From contig JAEHCQ010000002.1 in NCBI GenBank assembly GCA_020696385.1, positions 64,001-128,000 of the forward strand: a stretch of 64,000 nt of DNA, written 5' to 3'. The stretch is from Methanobacteriota archaeon (GTDB taxonomy: Archaea > Thermoplasmatota > Thermoplasmata > SG8-5 > JAGLSY01). Shown here one piece after another: positions 29,950 through 38,323 of this stretch. The first letter of the stretch is position 1; every line of letters starts with the position of its first letter. Under the pieces are notes generated by a model. The model saw nothing but the letters and a program-made list of their open reading frames with translations, did not search any database and had not been told where the DNA came from. Both the position numbers and the translations under genes were made by a program.

Positions 29950-30620
29950 TATTCTTCCTCCTCTCCTAAAACACCTCTTTTGAGGTAAAACTTCTTATTA
30001 ATATAACTCTCCACCACTGAATCATGCGAAGCAATAATAACCGTCGCACCAAATTCCTTATTGGCCTTTTTAAATGCTTCCATCACGATATCACAATTTT
30101 CCATGTCAAGAGATGCAGTGGGCTCATCCGCAAGTAGGACCGTTGGGCTATTAGCCAGTGCCCTGGCAACAGCCACTCTTTGTCTTTCACCGCCACTTAG
30201 TTCATTTGGATATTTACTTGAATATTCATATAGTTCGAATGTCTTCAGAAGCTCCCTAACCTTCCAATCACCATCATGCCACTTTGCGATTTTCATTGGC
30301 AGAAGGACATTCTCGAAAACTGTGAGATCATTTATAAGATTATGAGCCTGGAAAACAATACCTATCCTGTGAAGTCTGATGCTGGCCAATTCCTTATCTG
30401 ACAATTCCCCAGTATTGTATCCATTAAGGAATATCTCGCCTTTGGAAGGGGTGTCGATGCATCCTATGAGATTGAGCAATGTTGTCTTTCCACTTCCAGA
30501 TCTACCTTTGATCAATACCATATCATTGGATTTGATGGTCATGCTTATGCCCTTTAGGATCTCCTTCCTATTGTCATAGGATTTCCATACATCCTTCAGT
30601 ACTATGTCCATTTGCTTCAT
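29949..30620 (-). CDS. ABC transporter ATP-binding protein (LolD/MacB-like)
   Basis: GRSGSGKTT, VFQ, LSGGERQR, LADEPT, SHD. Confidence 0.92.
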   Translation of the reverse strand: MKQMDIVLKDVWKSYDNRKEILKGISMTIKSNDMVLIKGRSGSGKTTLLNLIGCIDTPSKGEIFLNGYNTGELSDKELASIRLHRIGIVFQAHNLINDLTVFENVLLPMKIAKWHDGDWKVRELLKTFELYEYSSKYPNELSGGERQRVAVARALANSPTVLLADEPTASLDMENCDIVMEAFKKANKEFGATVIIASHDSVVESYINKKFYLKRGVLGEEEE

Positions 30621-30785
30621 GGTCGATCTTCCAGTTAAACAGGCAATGGGGCTCTCCATCAGTGCAGTATAGAGCATTTTGGACAGTTACTGTGTTCAAC
30701 TATCCAATGAGTGACCCCAAATTCTGGAAAATCCTAAACTGATTTAATATTAAACCCTTTCGGATCAGTTAGTATCATGATATAT

Positions 30786-31490
30786 TCACTCAGATATCAC
30801 TGGAGTGGTGACAAAAGCATTCTTTCTTCTTATCAGCCTTAGCCATCCATGCTCGTGTTTCGTACGCCTCATCTTGACACAACGTATTCGAAGCTGTACA
30901 TCTGTTTCGCCAACATCATGCAATCGCAGGTAAATGATGCCATCTGCCAGGAAATCCTCATTATTGGCCACCATTAGTTCACTACCTTGTGTGATCTCGG
31001 ATATCAAAAATACTGTTGAATCCATCTCCTTCAGGAATCTTATAAAGTGAAAGAGATCGACCCTTGGCGAATTGAGCTCTGCCAAAGAATAAAGAGCAGC
31101 CAGGGAATCAACCACGATGAAATCAAAATCCTCCATCTCCGCTCTCTTTTGAATATATTTACTCAATATGCCAAGCCAATTACGACCATGTTCTTCTTCC
31201 TGATGACCCATCCTTATCTTTCCCACATCGACCATGTACAATTCCAAGTCGTCCAGGCCAGTCATACCAAGATCCTGCATGGCTCCCTTCAGGCCTTCAT
31301 ACCCTTCTTCAAGTGACAGGTATAGCCCACGCTTATGCTCTCTCTTCGCATTCTCGTACATTATACTGAAAGTAAGGGATGTCTTCATGGTTCCAGGAGT
31401 TCCACATATCAATACGACATGCCCCTTGGGTATTCCTCCACCCAGATTATCATCGAAGCCCTCAATGTAAGTTTTGATCTTTTCCACCAT
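30786..31490 (-). CDS. Single-domain KaiC-like (RAD55-family) ATPase
   Basis: GFD..LGGGIP, Walker A GTPGTMKT, SLEE, VVDS, ISE, LADGII, VKMR. Confidence 0.9.
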   Translation of the reverse strand: MVEKIKTYIEGFDDNLGGGIPKGHVVLICGTPGTMKTSLTFSIMYENAKREHKRGLYLSLEEGYEGLKGAMQDLGMTGLDDLELYMVDVGKIRMGHQEEEHGRNWLGILSKYIQKRAEMEDFDFIVVDSLAALYSLAELNSPRVDLFHFIRFLKEMDSTVFLISEITQGSELMVANNEDFLADGIIYLRLHDVGETDVQLRIRCVKMRRTKHEHGWLRLIRRKNAFVTTPVISE

Positions 31491-31681
31491 GAAATCAACT
31501 CGTGCATACTCTATAGTACCCAGATAGCGATGATGATATTAAAATGTGAAGTACGCGTACTCAATAATGGTAATACATGTAAACTACCAGGCCATAAATG
31601 ACCTGGCGTTACTGCTTATATGATATGGATGCTAGGTCACTTATGTCTGTATGTTTACAAACAAGGCCATATGCTCAATTT

Positions 31682-31705
31682 CTCGAAGCTTTACTCAGCT
31701 TCGAG
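31682..31705. repeat. Perfect 9-bp inverted repeat (ctcgaagct N6 agcttcgag) in a divergent intergenic region
   Basis: Read directly from the sequence; possible operator or hairpin. Confidence 0.5.
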
Positions 31706-31755
31706 TTTAGATGAATGATAATGATGAGCATACGGCGGTCTACTTTTTTTACTGG

Positions 31756-31797
31756 GGTCGATTCATCCCCAGCCTAAAGACTGGGGCGTTTTCGACC
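31756..31797. mobile_element. Orphan IS200/IS605-end-like (REP-like) imperfect palindrome
   Basis: ggtcga-ttcat-ccccagcc-taaa-gactgggg-cgttt-tcgacc resembles the ATTCATCCCC..TAAA..GGGG subterminal hairpins of IS200/IS605 elements. No transposase nearby. Confidence 0.5.
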
Positions 31798-31858
31798 TTT
31801 AACAGTAAAATGGAAAAATATACAAAATAATTAATACTCATTTTGATTACTCCATAAT

Positions 31859-32419
31859 ATGACTGGAAATAATATTTTTCTTCCAAAGAAAATGTTCCTC
31901 ACAAAGGGAATAGGAAAGCACAAGGAGAAATTAAGTAGCTTCGAGCTGGCTCTTAGAAATGCAGGTATAGAGAAATATAACCTGGTCAGAGTATCATCCA
32001 TATTTCCACCAGGATGTAAAATAATATCCAAAGCCAAGGGTCTGGAAATGTTGAAACCTGGTCAGATAGTCTTCTGTGTAATTGCTGAAAATGCATCAAA
32101 TGAACCGAACCGCCTTATGGCCGCCTCCATTGGTGTCGCGATCCCAAAGAAGACAGAGCATTATGGGTATCTTAGCGAGCATCATTCCTTTGGACAGAAA
32201 GATAAAGTGGCTGGAGAATACGCCGAGGATCTGGCAGCTGAAATGCTGGCTTCCACTTATGGAATAACCTTCAATGTCGATGCCAGCTACAATGAGAAGA
32301 AAGATTTCTTCAAAATAGATGGCAGGATAGTCAATACAAGAAATCATACCATATCAGCAGTATGTGATAAGAATGGATTGTGGACGACTGTCATATCAGT
32401 CGCGGTTCTTGTACTATAG
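31859..32419 (+). CDS. pdaD: Pyruvoyl-dependent arginine decarboxylase
   Basis: SFELALRNAGIEKYNLVRVSSIFPP (Ser-Ser autocleavage site), GYLSEHH, YAEDLAAEMLAST. Confidence 0.93.
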   Translation: MTGNNIFLPKKMFLTKGIGKHKEKLSSFELALRNAGIEKYNLVRVSSIFPPGCKIISKAKGLEMLKPGQIVFCVIAENASNEPNRLMAASIGVAIPKKTEHYGYLSEHHSFGQKDKVAGEYAEDLAAEMLASTYGITFNVDASYNEKKDFFKIDGRIVNTRNHTISAVCDKNGLWTTVISVAVLVL

Positions 32420-32496
32420 AATATCTGTGAAATACCAACTCTGTAAAGTATCAACATCATAGGGGTCTGGCTTTTCGAAGTCGAACTTTGTAAGTT

Positions 32497-33867
32497 TCAA
32501 CTTCTCAAAGTTCGAGTTATAGCGAATTCTTTGTTCCTCAAGGCTACAGGATGATATGGATTGATCTTCAATACCTCTTCATAACACTGTATGGCCTCGT
32601 CGAACTTTCCTTCAGATTGTAAAAGAGCGGCTTTATTGAGCCAGACCCCGATATCCATCTTATCGAGTTGCAGGGCTTTGTCATAGCACTCCAGAGCATC
32701 CTTATTATTACCAAGCACCCTGTAAGTGACGCCGAGATTTGACCAAATTCCGGGATCCTTCGGGCTTATATCCAGGGCCTTACGATACCATGTTATTGCT
32801 TCATCGGTCTTGCCCAGAGTTCTGAGTAAAATACCTTTATTGGACATCAGATCAGCATCATTTGGGTTCAATTCGAGTGATTTGTCATAGCACAATAAAG
32901 CCTCTCCCAATAGTCCCAGACGATGCAGAGATACGCCTTTGTTGAACCAGGCCCAGGAATCATTCGGGTTCTCTTCCAAAGCCATATCAAAGCATTCAAC
33001 AGCCTGTTCACTCTTGCCCATTTTTTCCAATGCCACCCCTCTATTGAACCAGGAATCATCCTCTGGTCTTGTATTGAAATCATATGCTGATATTTCATCT
33101 TTTGTTAGATCAGACATAGGCTTCCTGGTCTCAGATAATCTCTTCACAGGCGGTTCCTCGGCCTTTGGTGGCTCTTCCGGCTCTTCCGGTTCTTCTGGAT
33201 CAGCCTCATCATGAGTTGGCTCTTCTGTTTTCTTCGTCTTGAGCTTTCCAGATATCTTTGCTTCATGCCTTGAAGGAATTACCTTTTCATCGGATTCCAA
33301 TGATGGTTTTACATGATCTGCTTTGAACTCATATCCGCAGATATCACATGTATCTACATCTGTGTGCCACATGGCACCGCATTCAGGACATTCTAGCTTA
33401 TTTCCAGTCAACATTATATTTCGCACATCCTTTATCTGATCGAATTTTCTGGCCAATGCATTTGAGATCTCCTCATTTATGGATCCTGGATTCAGAGGTA
33501 CTATGAGACTGGAGCCGTTTTTAGCCGCAAATTTACCTAGATCTGATAGGAACTCTTCCGTAACATCATATCCGTTCTCCAATATTAGATATTCGACCTC
33601 GTCTATCATCACAATGCATTCTTTATGGCTCTTCATGAACTTTTTCAGGGTTTTGAGAACCTCACCAGTGAGGGCTTTGGGATCCGTGGGGTCTGAAAGC
33701 CAAATGAATTTCGCCTTCTTAAGGTTATACTCTTTCTTCAGCTTGCGCGGTAATTTGGTTGTCAGGCATATGCATGGTATTCCATGCTTGTCGAACTCTG
33801 CGAAGAGCTCGAAAGTGAAATTCGTTTGTGTTTCGTATATTAGATGATTTTTCCCTCTCTCTATCAT
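32497..33867 (-). CDS. DUF835 (inactive KaiC-like) domain + double Zn ribbon + TPR repeats
   Basis: LTT..P, IWLS, ID.VEYLILENGY (DUF835); CPEC...CDIC; about 6 W.N.G TPR units. Confidence 0.85.
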   Translation of the reverse strand: MIERGKNHLIYETQTNFTFELFAEFDKHGIPCICLTTKLPRKLKKEYNLKKAKFIWLSDPTDPKALTGEVLKTLKKFMKSHKECIVMIDEVEYLILENGYDVTEEFLSDLGKFAAKNGSSLIVPLNPGSINEEISNALARKFDQIKDVRNIMLTGNKLECPECGAMWHTDVDTCDICGYEFKADHVKPSLESDEKVIPSRHEAKISGKLKTKKTEEPTHDEADPEEPEEPEEPPKAEEPPVKRLSETRKPMSDLTKDEISAYDFNTRPEDDSWFNRGVALEKMGKSEQAVECFDMALEENPNDSWAWFNKGVSLHRLGLLGEALLCYDKSLELNPNDADLMSNKGILLRTLGKTDEAITWYRKALDISPKDPGIWSNLGVTYRVLGNNKDALECYDKALQLDKMDIGVWLNKAALLQSEGKFDEAIQCYEEVLKINPYHPVALRNKEFAITRTLRS

Positions 33868-33889
33868 GCTACCTTCCCCATATTAAATT

Positions 33890-35650
33890 CTACACCAACC
33901 CTCGCCTCTCCAGTTCCTTCAAAGCGATCTCCCTGTTCTTGACTGCGAGTCTTCTACCAGGGTCTATCTGCATCGCTTTGTCATAACATTCTATTGCCTC
34001 CTTCAAGAGGCCCATACTGCCAAGGACAACACCTTTATTGCTCCAAACTCCCGCATCTCTTGGATTGATCTCTATGGCCTTATCATAAGCTTCTATGGCC
34101 TCTTTTATCCTTCCAGCACTTCTCAAAGCAATACCCTTATTGCTCCAAATACTTGAATCACCTGGATTGACCTGAAGACCCATATTGTAAGAATCAATAG
34201 CTTCCTCAACACGACCCAATGTTCTCAGTGCGATCCCCCTGTTACCCCAGACCTCACTATCATTTGGATTGATCTGAGTGACAAGATCATAACATTCAAG
34301 AGCTTGTTCTATCCTTCCCAACATCTGAAGTACAACACCCTTATTGAATAAAGATTCGGCATGAGCTGGGTCTATGGCAAGAGCACTGTCATAATGTTTG
34401 ATAGCGTCCTCGAACTTCCTCTGTCTTCCAGCGGCAATGCCCATATTGAATTTTTCACTGACCTGGGCCTTCTCTGTTGGTGAAAGACGCCTTTTCACAA
34501 GCCTTCCTTTGATATGCTTCTCCATTGCATCGTTTATATCCATGGATAGAGAATCCAGATTCTTACGGGAACCTCGGAGTTTGCTTACATCTCCATCATA
34601 ATCACTGAGCACATTTTTATATTGGTCTTCCACACCGCTGATATTCTTATGCAATGCCTCTTTGATGTCGCCCATTATCTTGTGCAGATATTCCTCGGCC
34701 TTGCCCGAAAATATCAGAGCAACAGATACATATTTCCCATCTGCAATGAGGATGATATATCCTTTCACATCTATTCTGCTAAATTCAGATGATTCTTCAG
34801 ATGCGAAGGAATTGTTTATGAAGTCCAGAATTGCCTGTAACATGCCCCCGATGAGATCTGGATCGATAAGATCCTGGTCTCTCCAGGTTTTCCTCTGGAT
34901 CAGTGTTCCCGTGCTCCTGTGAATGAGATATATATCCTCGATCTCCAGGTCTGGAAGGTCATCATCTTCCATAGGTATCTCCTGGGTGGCTAATGGGTCA
35001 GGTGGGGCATCTATCCTCAGATCCTGCGGTGTGGACATTGCTGGCTGGGATTGCGCAGCAGGAGTGTATGAAGTTGGAGAGGGAGTATATGATGCAGGTG
35101 TAGGGGAAGGCGCAGGAGCCGGCGCGGTTGGCTGAGGTTGTGGAGCTGGCTCTGGCTTGCCCGCGATCTCATTTATTGTTCCAACCTTGTCAAAATCCCT
35201 AGAAAGAGTTGTCACTGTTTCCTTATTGAATGAATTGGGATTAATGGCTATCATGACGGTTCCGCCATTCATGGACGCCAGGTCATTCGTGCGTTTTATG
35301 AACTTCCTTACCTTGTCATATTCATTCTCCAGGGTCAGATAAGCAAAACCATCGAGCAAGAGTACTGATTCTTCATGTGCCTTCAGGAACTTGTTTATCA
35401 CCCTTGTTATTTCGAAATCCAATCTTGTGGGAACAAGAGTATCGGGCTCATTGCTGGAGTCCGATAGCCAGTATATCTTTGCCTCTTCAGATAGACCATA
35501 TATTTTCTTCAATTTCTTTGGATATAGGGTCGTTATACAGAGACCTGGAACCCCCGATTTGACCACTTCGTCAAATAGTCTAAAGGTCTCATCGGTCTTG
35601 TCCTCGTAAATAAGATAGTTCAATCCTGTGTCAATAGCCGTTTGCCTCAC
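33890..35650 (-). CDS. DUF835 domain + Pro-rich linker + longin-like domain + TPR repeats
   Basis: GLCITT.YP, YWLS, PTRLDFE, LLDG..YL..EN; PAP linker; IYLIH..G.LI...D.DLIGGMLQAI.DF..SF; about 5 TPRs. Confidence 0.85.
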   Translation of the reverse strand: MRQTAIDTGLNYLIYEDKTDETFRLFDEVVKSGVPGLCITTLYPKKLKKIYGLSEEAKIYWLSDSSNEPDTLVPTRLDFEITRVINKFLKAHEESVLLLDGFAYLTLENEYDKVRKFIKRTNDLASMNGGTVMIAINPNSFNKETVTTLSRDFDKVGTINEIAGKPEPAPQPQPTAPAPAPSPTPASYTPSPTSYTPAAQSQPAMSTPQDLRIDAPPDPLATQEIPMEDDDLPDLEIEDIYLIHRSTGTLIQRKTWRDQDLIDPDLIGGMLQAILDFINNSFASEESSEFSRIDVKGYIILIADGKYVSVALIFSGKAEEYLHKIMGDIKEALHKNISGVEDQYKNVLSDYDGDVSKLRGSRKNLDSLSMDINDAMEKHIKGRLVKRRLSPTEKAQVSEKFNMGIAAGRQRKFEDAIKHYDSALAIDPAHAESLFNKGVVLQMLGRIEQALECYDLVTQINPNDSEVWGNRGIALRTLGRVEEAIDSYNMGLQVNPGDSSIWSNKGIALRSAGRIKEAIEAYDKAIEINPRDAGVWSNKGVVLGSMGLLKEAIECYDKAMQIDPGRRLAVKNREIALKELERRGLV

Positions 35651-35902
35651 CCCTGAGTCAATTACTTGAATACTATGACGGTGTTATATGGCTTTACCAT
35701 TAATATCTTTTTGGAGAATAAGAGGATCAAAAGCTGAAAATGGGGTCGGTTAGAGCATTATGCAAAATATGACCTCTAAAGATCATCAATATATTGCCGG
35801 ATGTATGCTTAGTATTCTTTGCCATATATACATTATTATAGTTAATTATGGGTAAACAATAAATAATACATTGTGCAATCAGTAGCCAGGTGCTAAAAGT
35901 TT

Positions 35903-37204
35903 ATGAAATTGGATAATCACCCAAAACCCAGAACCATCTACATTGTTGCCATATTCACATTGGTAGCTTCCATAGTTTTAATATCTGGGATATCGGATTC
36001 GGTGGTTTCGGCCGAGCAGACCAGGGCTATAACATCTCAGGAAAGGTATGAGACCTTGCCCTTCAGTCCAGGCAGCCTGATAATTCCGATGGATGAGAAA
36101 CAGAATGAGAAAATGCATGCCTTTGGCATGCTTCATGCTCTTTTAAGAAATGAGACCGTATGCTACAGGCTCATCGGACCTCCAGCTTCTTTCATAAACA
36201 CCATACAATTTCCAAATGGGACCAATTATTCCGGTGGCCCAATGATCCTATTGGAGTACAATATCACATTATTTGATGAAATAAAGGATCAATTTCCCCT
36301 TGTTACCATTCATGAAGTTTCAGAGACCTTTGTTGGCCAGAGGGTGTACAAGATAGAGGAACCTACAAAGGTATTGATAATAGGTAGAGAGGGCACAGAC
36401 TATCAGGAAAGCCTGTCTGCGGAACTATTGAATGATATGAAGATACCTTACAAGGTCAAACAGATATGGCATATCTATCCAGATTCGACTGATTTCCTGG
36501 ATAATGATCTCATAATTATCGAAGACCCAGGTGAGAACGGAGAAATGAGGAGCTGGAAGAGAGACATGATAAGATCCGCTGTGGGTAGTGGTCGGAACTT
36601 CATATTCATTGGTAAGGCCGTCAAGGACCTTCCAAAAATATTTCCCATGAGTGTGAGTCTTTATGCTGTCAATGATAAGATCAACTTCCAGGCCACATTT
36701 GACAATATCGGAGAATCTCCATCCCAATATCATGGATCTGATATCGTCAATGTGACCACCAGTAACTCGATAGCCACAACTCCCATGTTCGAAGATATGA
36801 AACCCATGCTCTATGCAGAGGGGTTTGATGCCCAGATACTATTTGCATCATATTTCAGATATGGAGATGGGACCGTGGAGATATTCTCCTTCGATCCAGA
36901 GGACCAAGTGGGAGAAATGAGAGAGATGGCCTCCATATTCCTGGGTAACAGGTTCGTACAGGCTCCCCCGGCACCATTGAAAGCGCCATTGCCATTGGCT
37001 CCGTCCGCAATGCCAGTTCCGGCTCCAACTTTACCACCACCACCACCACCGCCACCACCGCCGCCTCCAAGCGTGCCGATGGCGACGGCCATACCTGCGC
37101 AGTATCTATTCGCAGGTTTTGCTGGGCTTGCATTGGGTGACAGGATAAAGAGCAAGACCAAGCCTAAAGTCGCCGTAAGGCAGAAGATCAAGATAAGTAC
37201 ATGA
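35903..37204 (+). CDS. Secreted/surface protein with a poly-proline stalk and hydrophobic C-terminal segment
   Basis: N-terminal signal/TM segment; GSLIIPMD domain; 12 consecutive Pro; AIPAQYLFAGFAGLAL followed by a basic tail. Confidence 0.7.
   Translation: MKLDNHPKPRTIYIVAIFTLVASIVLISGISDSVVSAEQTRAITSQERYETLPFSPGSLIIPMDEKQNEKMHAFGMLHALLRNETVCYRLIGPPASFINTIQFPNGTNYSGGPMILLEYNITLFDEIKDQFPLVTIHEVSETFVGQRVYKIEEPTKVLIIGREGTDYQESLSAELLNDMKIPYKVKQIWHIYPDSTDFLDNDLIIIEDPGENGEMRSWKRDMIRSAVGSGRNFIFIGKAVKDLPKIFPMSVSLYAVNDKINFQATFDNIGESPSQYHGSDIVNVTTSNSIATTPMFEDMKPMLYAEGFDAQILFASYFRYGDGTVEIFSFDPEDQVGEMREMASIFLGNRFVQAPPAPLKAPLPLAPSAMPVPAPTLPPPPPPPPPPPPSVPMATAIPAQYLFAGFAGLALGDRIKSKTKPKVAVRQKIKIST
37034..37069 (+). 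repeat. CCN trinucleotide run encoding 12 prolines
   Basis: cca x5, ccg, cca, cca, ccg, ccg, cct, cca. Confidence 0.9.
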
Positions 37205-37207
37205 GGG

Positions 37208-38323
37208 TTGAATATGAAAATAATAAGAATGCTAGGATTTGCGATCGTGATGTCATTCATCTTCAGCATGGCATTTAGTGCCGTATGCTGTCATGATAAT
37301 GATGGAGCCAATATTCATGATGAGGCAATAGCTCAGACAGAAGGAACAAGACAGGGATTTGTAGGATGGCAACATGCTAGCTTTGATGAGAATCTGGAAG
37401 TGGACTATGCGCCCGTCAACCCCAAGCCCACGGACCCGATCAGAATAACTATCAGGTCACTTGAACCGGATGTCACCATACAAATGGCCTATGTAGATAT
37501 CACTGTCACCTATCCGCAGGGTGGAGTAGCCACCGGTGGAAGGACATTCCTCAGAGTTACTGAAACAGAAATGAAATGCCTGATCGGCCCCTATGATGTT
37601 AATGGAACCACGGTGGCCTTCTTCATAAATGCTTATGATTACAACAATGTGCCCATGCAGTCTCCAGTATACACCATCAATGTCATGGGAGAAGAGAGAA
37701 CAGGTGGCTGGAACAGACTGACTTTCGATGATAATATAAAACTCACACAAACACCCGTATCACCAAATGCCAGTGAAGCCGTCAATATAATAATTGAATC
37801 CAGAGATAGTATCCCCATAGAGGGAGCCAATCTATACTTCCTTTACAAACCGATCGGAGGAGCAGTGGAGTCTGGAGGATGGGCCTTTGACAGGGTGAAC
37901 ATGACTACAATGGAGAGGGAAATACCCGCTAATTTCCATCCAGCTGGCGCGAATATATCTTACTGGATAGTGGCGTGGGATGAATACAGTAATCTGACAA
38001 AGTCAGAACCCATGAATTATTCTGTTCCTGGTATAGTTCTATTCAATTATCCCTTCGAGTATACGATAAAAGAACCAAATGGGGATGTGGATAATTCAAA
38101 ATGGTACCCGGACAATATCACACTTTTTTCCCTGGCTGGGATAGGAATAATAATGATCCCCCTCCTTGCCTATCTGAAGTCCGAAGAGAATAAGAAGATG
38201 AAGAAGAAGGATGACCTTATCATAAAGGAAAAGGATAAGGAGATACTGGGTGGAATTAAAGAAGAAGAAATTGAACCCGATAAAGATGATGATCCAGAAA
38301 CAGATGAGGAGGGTTCAATATGA
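37208..38323 (+). CDS. Single-pass membrane protein with two tandem Ig-like extracellular repeats
   Basis: Signal peptide; duplicated unit (FD.N....PV.P.....I.I.S....I..A.....GG..F.RV..T.M...I....G.....I.A.D..N...S..Y); C-terminal TM and charged tail. Confidence 0.75.
   Translation: MNMKIIRMLGFAIVMSFIFSMAFSAVCCHDNDGANIHDEAIAQTEGTRQGFVGWQHASFDENLEVDYAPVNPKPTDPIRITIRSLEPDVTIQMAYVDITVTYPQGGVATGGRTFLRVTETEMKCLIGPYDVNGTTVAFFINAYDYNNVPMQSPVYTINVMGEERTGGWNRLTFDDNIKLTQTPVSPNASEAVNIIIESRDSIPIEGANLYFLYKPIGGAVESGGWAFDRVNMTTMEREIPANFHPAGANISYWIVAWDEYSNLTKSEPMNYSVPGIVLFNYPFEYTIKEPNGDVDNSKWYPDNITLFSLAGIGIIMIPLLAYLKSEENKKMKKKDDLIIKEKDKEILGGIKEEEIEPDKDDDPETDEEGSI

Noticed and set aside
30786-31490. Circadian clock KaiC or RadA recombinase
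   Set aside because: Single domain, no kaiA/kaiB, and no RadA N-terminal domain; it fits the archaeal KaiC-like family.
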